From a bacterium HR10 (GTDB lineage: Bacteria > Acidobacteriota > Blastocatellia > HR10): a DNA stretch of 64,000 nt. Under the pieces are notes generated by a model. That model ran no database searches, had not been told where the DNA came from, and saw only the letters and a program-made list of their open reading frames with translations. The number at the start of each line of letters is the position of its first letter. Position 1 is the stretch's first letter. This document shows positions 1 through 9,259 of the stretch, one piece after another. Position numbers and translations under genes: made by a program. The stretch is from NCBI GenBank assembly GCA_002923315.1, contig BEHM01000001.1, positions 56,506 through 120,505 of the forward strand, given 5' to 3'.

Positions 1-286
1 GGTTCGCGAGGCCATGCGCGATCGCGTGCATCAGCCATATCGGCAGAGCCTGGTTCCCGGCCTCTCCGACGTCTTGCAGATTCGCGACGTGGATGGCCTG
101 ATCGGTGTGGCGCTGAGTGGGGCCGGGCCGACGGTCATCGCCATCGCGTCGAGCAATTTCCGGAAGATCGGCGAGGAGCTGGTCGCGTGCTTCGAGCGTC
201 ACGGTGTGTCCGCCCGGCCGCTGATCCTCGATGTGGATACGACCGGACGCACCGTCTCTCGATCAGACGTCGAGGTGGAGGGCTGA
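1..286 (+). CDS. thrB: homoserine kinase, C-terminal part (5' end lies upstream of the window)
   Basis: The frame continues from position 2 with no start. The translation ...HQPYRQSLVPG ... LSGAGPTVIAIA ... DTTGRTV matches the conserved C-terminal GHMP-kinase/ThrB motifs (HQPYR, SGSGPT, D-AGA-V). Confidence 0.7.
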   Translation, partial: VREAMRDRVHQPYRQSLVPGLSDVLQIRDVDGLIGVALSGAGPTVIAIASSNFRKIGEELVACFERHGVSARPLILDVDTTGRTVSRSDVEVEG

Positions 287-2355
287 GCTTCGCCCTCGCG
301 AGAGGGGGACTTCGCGGGCCCTCTCCGAATGCCCCTGCCTTCCAGCGATTCCGGCAGAGCCTTGCTCCCTGTGGGAAGGTTCGTCGAGTTCGCGAGCGAG
401 AAATCGCGGCTCGCTGCCGGGAGGGTGAAAGAGAACGTGCTGCCGACACCTGGCGTGGATTCGACCCAGATGCGTCCGCCATGCGCCTCGATGATTCGCT
501 TGCAGAGCGCGAGTCCTATGCCTCGTCCCGGGAACTCCTCCTCGGAATGGACCCTCTGGAAGACGTGGAAGATTCGCTCCCAATGCCGGGCTTCGATGCC
601 GATCCCATTGTCGCGCACGTAGAACGTGTGCTCCGGATCGGCCGTCGGCGCGCATCCGATCTCGATGAGCGGGCGCGGCTTGTCATTGAACGTGAGCGCG
701 TTTTGGATGAGCTGGAGGAAGACAAGACGCAGATGGGCAGCGTCCGCGAGAACGATGGGCCAGGGGCCGGTGAGCGTGAGCCAGGCGTTGCGTTCTTCCA
801 GAAGTGGGGATACGGTCTCGCGAATCTCCTCCAGGAGGCGCCCCACATCGGTCGGCTCTCGGCGAAGGGCATCGGGCGTGATGTGGGCGAGCTTCACGAG
901 ATCCCCGATCATGTCGCGCAGGCGAAGGGCTGCGCGCCCGATCGCCGTGAGGTATTCGCGCGCGGAATCGTCCAACTGCGTCCCGCCTTCTTCTTCGAGG
1001 AGCTGCGCGGCGTTCAAGATGATCTGCAGCGGCTGCCGAAGGTCGTGGGAGATGATGTGCAGAAACGTCTCATACTCGGCGTGGGCGCGTTGAAGCTCTT
1101 CGCGCAGGCGGTCGCACTCGCACTGGAGCCGGCGCACCTGTTCTGTCAACCCTGAGGTTTCGGAGAGCTGTTCCGCCTGATGTTGGGAGAGGACGAGATT
1201 CCCCTGCCTGTCGAAGAGCGCGTGTGAGGAGAGCGCGATGGGAAGAAGCGTTCCATCCCGCCGTCGCAGCAGGAGCTTGCCTTCGGCCTTCCCCTGCGTT
1301 CGGATGTCGCGAAGGAGCGTCTGAAGCGCCTTGTGCTCGGCGTCGGGGAGGAGCGAGGCGAGGGGGGTTCCGAGGAGTTCCGCCCTCTCGTATCCGAGAG
1401 CCTTCGTCATATTCTCATCGAGGTTCTGCAGCCGCCCCTCGGCATCGAGGAGGAAGGTGAAAGTCGCCGGGGCATCGGTCAGGGACGGACTGTCGCTCGG
1501 TTCGGGCTGTAGGGGGTGGACCTCCGCTCCACCAGCCGAAGGGGAACGCCAGGCATGAAGGTGTTCGGAGAAGGCGTGGAGCATGGTTTTGAACGCCCGG
1601 AGCACTTCGTCCACCTCTCGCGGGCCGTAGATGCGGGTGTTGGCGAGCTTGGCCGTGACGAGCAGGAGTTCGGAGGCGAACGCTTTGAACGCGTCGAGCA
1701 CTTCGGCCGTCGGGGCATGACGCACGCGGCGAGGATCGAAGAGCGTCGCGTCCGGTGCCCCTGCTTCCGGGAGGACGGGGAGTCGAGCGCGCTCGGCGGC
1801 TTGTCGTCGAGCGCATTCGATAAGGAGGAGCGCCGGATGGACACCAAAAAGCACGTTCAAACATGAGCGCACGTGGCGGTGAAACATGTCCTCCAGCAGT
1901 CGGGCGATCGGTTCAGCCTCCGGGCAGGTGAGCGCTTCGTCGAGCGCGGAGAGATCAAGCGGCGGGATCTCGCGTTCGCGCTGAGAGGACATCCGGAGGA
2001 TGCGATGCACGCGCGCGAGCAGTTCGTCGCGTCGCGTGCCTTTGACGATGAAATCCTCGGCGCCGACTTCGAGCCCGCGCAGCACATCCACAATCTGATC
2101 GCGCACGCTGTAGAGGACGACCGGGACGGCGCGCGTCGCCTCGTCCTCCTTCAGCCTGCGACAGACCTCGTAGCCGTCCATCTGCGGCATGTTGAGATCG
2201 AGGAGCACCAAGTCCGGCTGGGTCTCACGCGCGAGCGCGAGCGCGCGCGCCCCATTCGTCGCTGTGACGACCTCGTAGCCGGCTTGGTCGAGGATCCTCG
2301 CCGTGAGCTTCAGTTCGATTGGCGAGTCGTCAACCACGAGAATGCGTTTCGCCAT
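199..2355 (-). CDS. hybrid response regulator / PAS sensor histidine kinase (REC-PAS-HisKA-HATPase_c)
   Basis: I trimmed the start to the ATG at 2355 (MAKRILVVDDSPIE...), which gives a receiver domain with the phospho-Asp context LLDLNMP. It also has an H-box (ISHDLRQPL) and a C-terminal HATPase_c (DNGIGI...GRGIGLAL...GGRIWVES). The longer upstream ORF extension has no homology. Confidence 0.8.
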   Translation of the reverse strand: MAKRILVVDDSPIELKLTARILDQAGYEVVTATNGARALALARETQPDLVLLDLNMPQMDGYEVCRRLKEDEATRAVPVVLYSVRDQIVDVLRGLEVGAEDFIVKGTRRDELLARVHRILRMSSQREREIPPLDLSALDEALTCPEAEPIARLLEDMFHRHVRSCLNVLFGVHPALLLIECARRQAAERARLPVLPEAGAPDATLFDPRRVRHAPTAEVLDAFKAFASELLLVTAKLANTRIYGPREVDEVLRAFKTMLHAFSEHLHAWRSPSAGGAEVHPLQPEPSDSPSLTDAPATFTFLLDAEGRLQNLDENMTKALGYERAELLGTPLASLLPDAEHKALQTLLRDIRTQGKAEGKLLLRRRDGTLLPIALSSHALFDRQGNLVLSQHQAEQLSETSGLTEQVRRLQCECDRLREELQRAHAEYETFLHIISHDLRQPLQIILNAAQLLEEEGGTQLDDSAREYLTAIGRAALRLRDMIGDLVKLAHITPDALRREPTDVGRLLEEIRETVSPLLEERNAWLTLTGPWPIVLADAAHLRLVFLQLIQNALTFNDKPRPLIEIGCAPTADPEHTFYVRDNGIGIEARHWERIFHVFQRVHSEEEFPGRGIGLALCKRIIEAHGGRIWVESTPGVGSTFSFTLPAASRDFSLANSTNLPTGSKALPESLEGRGIRRGPAKSPSREGEAQPSTSTSDRETVRPVVSTSRISGRADTP

Positions 2356-2416
2356 CGCCGAACTCCTCCCTCGATCGCCCTTCGCACCTGGCGCGAGGGG
2401 CGCGAGAACTGGTGAT

Positions 2417-5155
2417 TCATGCCGGGAGCGAAGCTTGCTGCGATTTCCCCAGCAGGCGTCCGATAGTCTCCAGAAGCTGTCGTGGCGTGTACGGCTTCTG
2501 CAGGACGTGCACGTTCTCCACGCGGATGCCGAGGAGACCACTCTCTTCCGGGTTGTATCCGGTGACCAGGAGGATTTGCGCCCGCGCATCTCGCTCCCGA
2601 ATCCGGCGGGCGGCTTCGATCCCCGTGACCCCCGGCATCAGGGCGTCCAGGACGATCACGGCGATCTCCCGCTGATAGTCCTCGTAGAGCTTCAGCGCTT
2701 CTTGTCCGTCGCGCGCCTTCAGGACGCGATACCCATGCGCGCGGAGGATCTTCTCTTCAAGATCGAGAAGGACCGGCTCGTCATCGGCCAGAAGGATCAG
2801 CTCATCCGCGCCTCGGATCAGGGGAGTCGCGCTCCCCTCTCTCTTGGGGATCGCCGTGCGTTCGGTGAGGGGCAGGTAGAGATCGAATCGGCTTCCGAGA
2901 CCGGGAGCGCTCTCAACGGTGATGAATCCGCCGTGAGCGCGCACGATCCCGTAAACGACTGAGAGGCCGAGCCCCGATCCCTTCCCGACCTCCTTCGTCG
3001 TGAAGAAGGGCTCGAAGATGCGCGCTTGCACCTCCGGCGTCATTCCGATCCCCGTGTCCGCGACCGAGAGGCGCAGGTAGGCGCCCGGCGGGGCATCTGG
3101 GGGAAGCGGTGGGACTCCCGGCTTCGCGAGCGTGACCGGCGCGCATGAGATCGTGAGCGTTCCGCCATCCGGCATGGCGTCGCGCGCGTTCACGGCGAGA
3201 TTCATCAGAACCTGTTGCAACCCCACGGGATCGGCCTCGAGCGATCCGATGTGCTCGGAGACGTCCAGGCGAATGGTGATCGTCTCCGGCAAGACGCGTT
3301 GCAGCAGGCCGACCATCTCCTTCAAGAATTCCCGCACATCGAGCGTGGTGCGATGCACCTCGATGCGCCGACTGAAGGTCAAGAGTTGGCGGACGAGTCG
3401 CGCGCCGCGCTGTCCCAGGGTGAGCACGTTCTGCAGTAATTCGCGGCGCGGGTCCCGCGGGCTCAGCTCCCGGAGGGCCAATTCGGTGAACCCGAGCATG
3501 CCCGTCAGGAGGTTATTGAAATCATGAGCGATCCCCCCGGCCAACGCGCCGATGGACTCCAACTTCTGCGCGTGCGTGAGTTGCTTCTCCAAACTCTTCT
3601 GCTCGGTCACATCGCGCACGGTCATCCGATAGCGGAGCGCGCCCTGTCCATCGCCTTCCACCGTCATGTTCACGCGTACGGGGAAGTGCGTCCCATCGCG
3701 GCGAACCATCTCCAGCTCCAGCTCGCGGACCGTCCCCCCCTCTTTGAGAGAGAGGAGGGCGTGCTCGAAGATCCGTCGGCTGCGCTCATCCAGCACATCG
3801 CCGAATGTGAGCTGTCCGATGACCTCCTCTCGCCGGTAGCCGAGCCATCGGAGTTCCGTCTCGTTGATCTCCAGAAACGTGCCGTCGGGAGCGAGCGTGT
3901 GATAGCCATCGGGGGCATTGTTGTAGAGATCGCTGTATCGTTCCTCCGAGCGGCGGAGGGCCTCCTCCTTTCGCTTCAACTCCGTGATGTCCACCATCAC
4001 GGCCAAGGAGCCCGCGAAGGTCCCCGCCTCATCCCACAGGGGAGCGGCGGCGACGAGGAAGTCGCGCAACTCGCCCTCCTTTGTTCGCATGCGCACCTCG
4101 TAGCGGGAGCTTTCGCCTCTCCGCCGCTTCTCCGTCTCGGCGGTCACTCGGGAACGATCCTCCTCCGGCATCAAGGTCAGGATAGAGCGTCCGATCAGCT
4201 CCTCCTCAGCATACCCCAGGGCGCGGGCGAAGGCGGGGTTCACGTAGCGGATGAGCTCGTTGGTGTCTGCGATGAGGATTCCCTCTTGGGCCAGCTCCAC
4301 AAGCTGGCGATACTGTTCCTTCATCCGTTCGGTGGCGTGGTGCAGCGCTTCCAGCTCGCGGTGCTGGCGCTGCAGTTCTTCATAATATGCGCGCAGCCGG
4401 AGGACCAGCTCGTTGAACGCATGGGCCGCCTCGCCCAGCTCGATCACGCGGGGGATGCGCACACGCGCGCGCAGATCACCCTCTCGAACCTGGCGCAGCG
4501 CCTTCGCCAGGCGACGAATCGGATCCGTCACCACCTGTTCCAGGATCAGGAAGATCAGCAGTGCGAAGATCGTGCCATTGAGGGCGTGGGTCAGCAAGCT
4601 CAAGCCCAGGTGGGTCTTCAAGCGGGCATCGAGGAACGCTGTGTCGAAAGCGAGCAAGAGAACGGCCGCCGCCTCCGTCTCGAAGTATTGTTCGGCCGTG
4701 GTCGGGATCGGCATGAGCGCGAGGTACAGGGAGTCACGCGCGAGTGATTGGCACAGCAGGTGTTTTTCCCTCAGCGCTCGCTGTATCAGCGGGAGCGCTT
4801 CAGGGAGGACCGCCTGGACCTCTCGCCCAACCACATCGGACCGATGGGCCGCCAGGATGCGCTGCCCTCGATCAATGAGCAGGGCCTGCTTCACCCGGCG
4901 GTCGCCCGCCACGCCCTCCAGCACCGAGCGCAATGCCCCGTGATCCTGGCGAACGAGCAGCATCTGCACGGGGTATCGCAAGTTGCTCGCCAGATTGATG
5001 GCATCCGTGCGGATCTCTTCTCGCGCGGCGGCCTTCTGCCGGTGGTGATCCAGGACGACGAGCAATCCCGACAGAAGGAACGTGCCCGCGAAGGTCGCCG
5101 CGGCGAGCACCACGGAGAGCGACGGCGCGAATCGGCCATGGAATTTCGGGCTCAT
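2417..5155 (-). CDS. hybrid sensor histidine kinase (TM periplasmic sensor-HAMP-2xPAS-HisKA-HATPase_c-REC)
   Basis: The start is the ATG at 5155 (MSPKFHGRF... followed by a TM helix). It has an H-box AHDFNNLL, a G-box (DTGIGM...GSGLGLS) and a C-terminal receiver (LILLADDEPV...VLDALMPG). Its ATG overlaps the stop of the upstream substrate-binding-protein gene (ATGA), so the two are translationally coupled. Confidence 0.8.
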   Translation of the reverse strand: MSPKFHGRFAPSLSVVLAAATFAGTFLLSGLLVVLDHHRQKAAAREEIRTDAINLASNLRYPVQMLLVRQDHGALRSVLEGVAGDRRVKQALLIDRGQRILAAHRSDVVGREVQAVLPEALPLIQRALREKHLLCQSLARDSLYLALMPIPTTAEQYFETEAAAVLLLAFDTAFLDARLKTHLGLSLLTHALNGTIFALLIFLILEQVVTDPIRRLAKALRQVREGDLRARVRIPRVIELGEAAHAFNELVLRLRAYYEELQRQHRELEALHHATERMKEQYRQLVELAQEGILIADTNELIRYVNPAFARALGYAEEELIGRSILTLMPEEDRSRVTAETEKRRRGESSRYEVRMRTKEGELRDFLVAAAPLWDEAGTFAGSLAVMVDITELKRKEEALRRSEERYSDLYNNAPDGYHTLAPDGTFLEINETELRWLGYRREEVIGQLTFGDVLDERSRRIFEHALLSLKEGGTVRELELEMVRRDGTHFPVRVNMTVEGDGQGALRYRMTVRDVTEQKSLEKQLTHAQKLESIGALAGGIAHDFNNLLTGMLGFTELALRELSPRDPRRELLQNVLTLGQRGARLVRQLLTFSRRIEVHRTTLDVREFLKEMVGLLQRVLPETITIRLDVSEHIGSLEADPVGLQQVLMNLAVNARDAMPDGGTLTISCAPVTLAKPGVPPLPPDAPPGAYLRLSVADTGIGMTPEVQARIFEPFFTTKEVGKGSGLGLSVVYGIVRAHGGFITVESAPGLGSRFDLYLPLTERTAIPKREGSATPLIRGADELILLADDEPVLLDLEEKILRAHGYRVLKARDGQEALKLYEDYQREIAVIVLDALMPGVTGIEAARRIRERDARAQILLVTGYNPEESGLLGIRVENVHVLQKPYTPRQLLETIGRLLGKSQQASLPA

Positions 5156-6174
5156 GGGAGTTCCCGAATCAGCGCGACGTCGAAGAGCTGAGCGATGCTC
5201 TCGACCTCGCGAATGACGTTCACTCGGCGGTGGCGTTCGATGAGCTGTTCGAGCGCGGCGCGTCCGGCCGGCGTGTCGAGCGCGCGGAGATTCTCCCCTC
5301 GGTCGAGGAATCGAATCTCGGCCAGCATCGCCTTCGCCTCTTCGATCGAGACGCGCGAGCGTTCGGCGAAGAAGCGCGCCGTCTCCTCCGGATGCGTGCG
5401 GCCGTACTCCACAGCGCGGAAATAGGCGCGAAGCAACCGTCGGCATTCCTCGCGGCGTTCTCGGAGCAATGACTCCTGGATGGAGAGCACGTCGGCGATC
5501 TCCCCCGGAAGCTCGCGGCTCGAGAAGAGAATGTTCGCGCCCGTGCGACGAACCGTTAGCGTCAACCAGGGCTCAAAGGTCAGCCACGCCTCGATCTCGC
5601 GCCGCAGGAAGGCTTGTTGGCCATCCTGGGTGGAGAGGCTCACCACAGTGACCTCTTCCTCCCTCAAGCCCGTGCGTTCGCGCAGGCGCGCCCACAGATA
5701 GCTCCCGACGCCCCAGAGGCTGACGCCCACCCGCTTCCCTCGCAACTGGTGAATTGTCCGGATCTCAGGCTGGGCGATGAGACCCTCGGCGCCCTCGGAG
5801 TAGGCGAGCACGGCGACGCCCTTAGCGGTCTTCACTCTCTGCGCCAGTTGCAGGAAGCCGCTCAGGCTGCTGGCTAAGGCGTCGAGCCGATGGGCCTCAT
5901 AGGCCTGGACGGCTGCCGGAAACGCGCTGAATTCTCGCAGCTCCACCGCTACCCCTTCTTCTCGAAAGAACCCCTTGTGCTCCGCGAGGTTGAGGAACCC
6001 GTGTCCGGGGAAGGGACTATATCCGATGCGGATCGGCCCCGGAGATGGTCTCCCACAACTCCCACTGAACAGGGCGAGCGCGAGCGCACCGGTTATCACC
6101 ACGCGCGGAAGGCTCTGCTTGAAAGATGAGCGCCAGCGAGCGACCCTCACTCCCTTCCCGTTTCCGCCGAGCAC
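5152..6174 (-). CDS. NMT1/THI5-like (SsuA/TauA-type) periplasmic substrate-binding lipoprotein
   Basis: It has a signal peptide with a lipobox (LFSGSC), and the fold-level similarity is to the aliphatic sulfonate/nitrate-type ABC substrate-binding proteins. The start codon is uncertain: the longest ORF begins at a GTG. Confidence 0.6.
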   Translation of the reverse strand: MLGGNGKGVRVARWRSSFKQSLPRVVITGALALALFSGSCGRPSPGPIRIGYSPFPGHGFLNLAEHKGFFREEGVAVELREFSAFPAAVQAYEAHRLDALASSLSGFLQLAQRVKTAKGVAVLAYSEGAEGLIAQPEIRTIHQLRGKRVGVSLWGVGSYLWARLRERTGLREEEVTVVSLSTQDGQQAFLRREIEAWLTFEPWLTLTVRRTGANILFSSRELPGEIADVLSIQESLLRERREECRRLLRAYFRAVEYGRTHPEETARFFAERSRVSIEEAKAMLAEIRFLDRGENLRALDTPAGRAALEQLIERHRRVNVIREVESIAQLFDVALIRELP

Positions 6175-6388
6175 TGAGTCCCCATCCGCGCAAGGTCATA
6201 ACTTCGCCCTCCTTCGTGAGGGCATGACACAGCCTCCGATATTTTTGGAGGCGCGGGCGATTCGGGCAATACGGCGTTCGCCGGATTTTCACGGGACAAA
6301 TGCCGGAGCCCGAGAGGGAAGGCTCGCGCTCGTTTCGGCATCAGTTGTGCGATCACCTCAGGGCCTGATCCGCCAGCAGGGCCGGTCC

Positions 6389-7984
6389 TCACCTCTTCCC
6401 CGGTCCGTAGAGGATGCGTCCCGGGCGGGCTCCCGTGTGCTCCCCATCTTGAATGACGAGGACTCCGTTGACGAGCACATGGCGAATCCCTTCGGCATAT
6501 TGATGGGGGTTTTCGAACGTCGCGCGATCTCTCACTCGTTCGGGATCGAAGATGACCAGATCGGCGGCCATTCCCGGTCGGATCATCCCGCGATCCCAGA
6601 AGCCGAAGACCTGCGCCGGGAGACTCGTCATCTTCCGAACGGCCTCCTCCCAGGAGAGGAGGGCGCTCTCGCGCACATACCGACTGAAGACGCGGGCGTT
6701 GTTCCCATAGCCTCGGGGATGCGGCACACCCTGTCCCGGTTCCAGAACGCCCGCATCGGAGGCGATCATGGTGAAGGGTTGCTGCAGGATGTAGGTGATG
6801 TCGCGTTCGTGCATCTTGTGATAGACCATCTGCACGCGCCCTTCGCTGGCGAGGAACATCTCGATGATTTGTTCGGCTTGCTCCTCGACGCTCGCTCTCC
6901 GTCGGACGAGTCGCGTGATCTCGGCGATATTTTTGCCGTTGAAGCTCGGGTCCGGGCGATACTGAGCGACGTAGGCGTAGGAATAGTCTTTGAATCCCTG
7001 CTCGCGGATGCTGCGGATCATCTCCCGCTTGATGCGGGCGCGCAGATTCGGATCGCGGAGCCGTTCGACGGCCTTCGCGCGACCGCCATCATGCACCCAG
7101 CTTGGCAGGAGCGTCTCCAGGCCTGTGCTGGAGGCCGGGTAGACGTACTGGTCCACGGTCACGGGAAGGCCGCGAGCACGGGCCTCTTGGACCAATTGGA
7201 CGGTGCGACGACTCTCTCCCCAGAGCTTCTTGCTCGATACCTTGAAATGAGAGATCTGCACGGGCACGCCCGCGCGCTCGCCGATAGTGATCGCTTCGCG
7301 AATCGCGTCCATGACGCCGTTGCCCTCATTGCGAATGTGGCTGGCGTAGATGCCTCCATATTGGGCGACGACGCGCGCCAGCTCGATGATCTCCTCGGTC
7401 TTCGCGTACGTCCCCGGGATGTAGATGAGTCCGGTGGAGAGGCCGACGGCGCCCTCCTGCATCGCCTGCTCGACCAGATGCTTCATCCGCTCCAGCTCTT
7501 CGGGCGTTGGCTGACGCGCCTCTTCCCCCATCACGGCGCGGCGAACCGTGTTATGACCGACGAGCGTCGCCAGGTTGATCGAGAGCCCCTGATCCTCCAA
7601 TCGGCGCAACGCCTCTCCGATCGGGAGCCAGGAGCCTCCGCAATTGCCCGTCACGACGGTGGTCACGCCCATGCGCAGGAAGTTCTCCGCCGTCGGTCGG
7701 CGCAAGATCCCCCCCTCCACGTGCGTGTGCACATCAATGAACCCAGGCGCGACGATGAGCCCTCGCGCGTCCAGCACGCGAGCGGCCTCCTCCGATGGGA
7801 TCCGTCCGATCGCGGCGATTCGTCCATCCCGAATCCCGATGTCCGCGATGAACCAGGGATTTCCCGTCCCATCCACGATCCGTCCATTTGTGATCACCAG
7901 GTCGTAAGCCGGGGCGGTCGCCCACGCGATTGGCCAGATGAGGATCGCACTCAGAAGCAGAAGTGCCCATTTTCGGATTCGCAT
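6389..7984 (-). CDS. N-acyl-D-amino-acid deacylase (D-aminoacylase) family amidohydrolase, secreted
   Basis: It has an N-terminal signal peptide. The sequence YDLVITNGRIVDGTG ... GFIDVHTHVEG ... matches the metal-dependent amidohydrolase HxH motif and the D-aminoacylase architecture. Confidence 0.8.
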   Translation of the reverse strand: MRIRKWALLLLSAILIWPIAWATAPAYDLVITNGRIVDGTGNPWFIADIGIRDGRIAAIGRIPSEEAARVLDARGLIVAPGFIDVHTHVEGGILRRPTAENFLRMGVTTVVTGNCGGSWLPIGEALRRLEDQGLSINLATLVGHNTVRRAVMGEEARQPTPEELERMKHLVEQAMQEGAVGLSTGLIYIPGTYAKTEEIIELARVVAQYGGIYASHIRNEGNGVMDAIREAITIGERAGVPVQISHFKVSSKKLWGESRRTVQLVQEARARGLPVTVDQYVYPASSTGLETLLPSWVHDGGRAKAVERLRDPNLRARIKREMIRSIREQGFKDYSYAYVAQYRPDPSFNGKNIAEITRLVRRRASVEEQAEQIIEMFLASEGRVQMVYHKMHERDITYILQQPFTMIASDAGVLEPGQGVPHPRGYGNNARVFSRYVRESALLSWEEAVRKMTSLPAQVFGFWDRGMIRPGMAADLVIFDPERVRDRATFENPHQYAEGIRHVLVNGVLVIQDGEHTGARPGRILYGPGKR

Positions 7985-8141
7985 CGCTCACCTCCTCGGT
8001 TCGGAATTGTGGCTCACGGGGAGAAAATATATCCGCCTGCCCTGGTCCTCGTCACGTCCAGCAACGGGGGGTGGCGAAGCCTCGCTCTTGGGGAGCGGGG
8101 GAGAGGGTACCTCGCTTCGCGGGAAAGCTGAGGGCGATCTC

Positions 8142-8531
8142 TTAGTCCGAGCCCGTGGTCGCTCTGAGCTTCGCTTCGAGGTACGCGCGGAGGGCGACGG
8201 CATTATTGTGCTCCCCATCGCGAGCGCTGAAGAGCAACGTGATCGTCCCCTGGCGCGCGGCCTCCAGCAGCGGCTTCCACGCCTCCGGCTTGCGGTCTAA
8301 TTCGGCGAAGTAGCGGCGTTGGAATTCTTCCCACTTCTTGGGATCATGAGCGAACCATCGGCGCAGCGCTTCGCTGGGCGCGACCTCTTTCAGCCACCCG
8401 TCCATCGGCAGTGCGGCCTTCTTCATCCCACGCGGCCAGAGGCGCTCGACGAGAAACCGACGCCCATCGCCAGGATCGGGCGGATCGTACACCCGCTTGA
8501 GGCGAATCTCCGGTGCCGATCTCTTGCTCAT
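8142..8531 (-). CDS. DUF488 (YeaO-like) family protein
   Basis: I set the start at MSKRSAPEIRLKRVYDPP...; the R-x-Y-D...LVERLWPRG signature is typical of DUF488. Confidence 0.55.
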   Translation of the reverse strand: MSKRSAPEIRLKRVYDPPDPGDGRRFLVERLWPRGMKKAALPMDGWLKEVAPSEALRRWFAHDPKKWEEFQRRYFAELDRKPEAWKPLLEAARQGTITLLFSARDGEHNNAVALRAYLEAKLRATTGSD

Positions 8532-8577
8532 CCGATCTTCGCGTAGCCCCCGGCTACGCCGGCCATTCCGCAACCCC

Positions 8578-9093
8578 TCACTCCGGACATTGGGCTTCCG
8601 TGAAACGGACCCACGAGAGGATGTGCTCCACAGTGGGCAACTCGCTCACTTCCGTGATCACGCGGGCGAAATAGATTTCACCATATCGGTCAGCGATGTA
8701 GAGCGCTCCGCTTGTCGCGACTCCATAGGCGCGATGCGCGCGTCCACCTTCGTCCACGAGGATGGGGAAGGGAAGGGGCAGGGTGCGGGGTGCTCGCGCG
8801 ATCGTTTCCATCGCTGTGCGCGCGTTGGGGGCGATCACCAGGACCTCCGCTTCCTCCTGACGAATCTCCGCATAGCGATCGGCCAGTGCCCGGAGGAGTT
8901 CGATGAGCGCGGCATCATGGTGCTCTCCAAGGAAGAAGAGGACGAGCGCCCGCTGCCCGCGATAATCCGAAATCCTCACCTGCTGTCCCGTCACCGTCAC
9001 CACCGTGACATCCGGCAGCAGCTCGCCCGGATGAGGAGGCGACATCGCGTCCCTCTCGACTCGCTCCATAGCGTCCTTAGAACAGTATGGCAA
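8578..9093 (-). CDS. redoxin/peroxiredoxin-fold protein lacking the catalytic cysteine
   Basis: The layout is AhpC/TSA-like (LPDVTVV..G..V.ISDYRGQRALVLFF ... PFPILVDEGG..YGV). At the position of the peroxidatic FxxxxTxVCxxE motif it reads LGEHHDAALIE, with no Cys. The start is ambiguous between 9093, 9069 and 9045. Confidence 0.5.
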   Translation of the reverse strand: MPYCSKDAMERVERDAMSPPHPGELLPDVTVVTVTGQQVRISDYRGQRALVLFFLGEHHDAALIELLRALADRYAEIRQEEAEVLVIAPNARTAMETIARAPRTLPLPFPILVDEGGRAHRAYGVATSGALYIADRYGEIYFARVITEVSELPTVEHILSWVRFTEAQCPE

Positions 9094-9259
9094 CTTTCGC
9101 GGTGAGGTTCAATGAGGTCCGCGACTCCGAAGCGATCTCTCAGGACGGCGCGATCCCCCTGTGGAAGAGGCGCGGCGCTCGGCCACACGCGACGGGGATC
9201 GCTAAAGGACCTGATTTCCCGCTTGTTCTTCAGGGGGGCGCTCCGTACCATTCTCCTCT

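Noticed and set aside
3524-4747. Long opposite-strand ORFs inside real genes. Examples: 3524-4747+, 5975-8131+, 9509-10876-, 21545-23140+, 24731-26602+, 32433-35036+, 35709-37928+, 61033-63348+.
   Set aside because: High-GC shadow ORFs. Their translations are Arg/Ala/Gly/Pro-rich with no domain signatures, and they fully overlap genes whose products have clear homology.
9070-9095. TGGCAA-CTTTCGC upstream of malQ as a sigma-54 promoter.
   Set aside because: There is no TTGC at -12 with 5-nt spacing.
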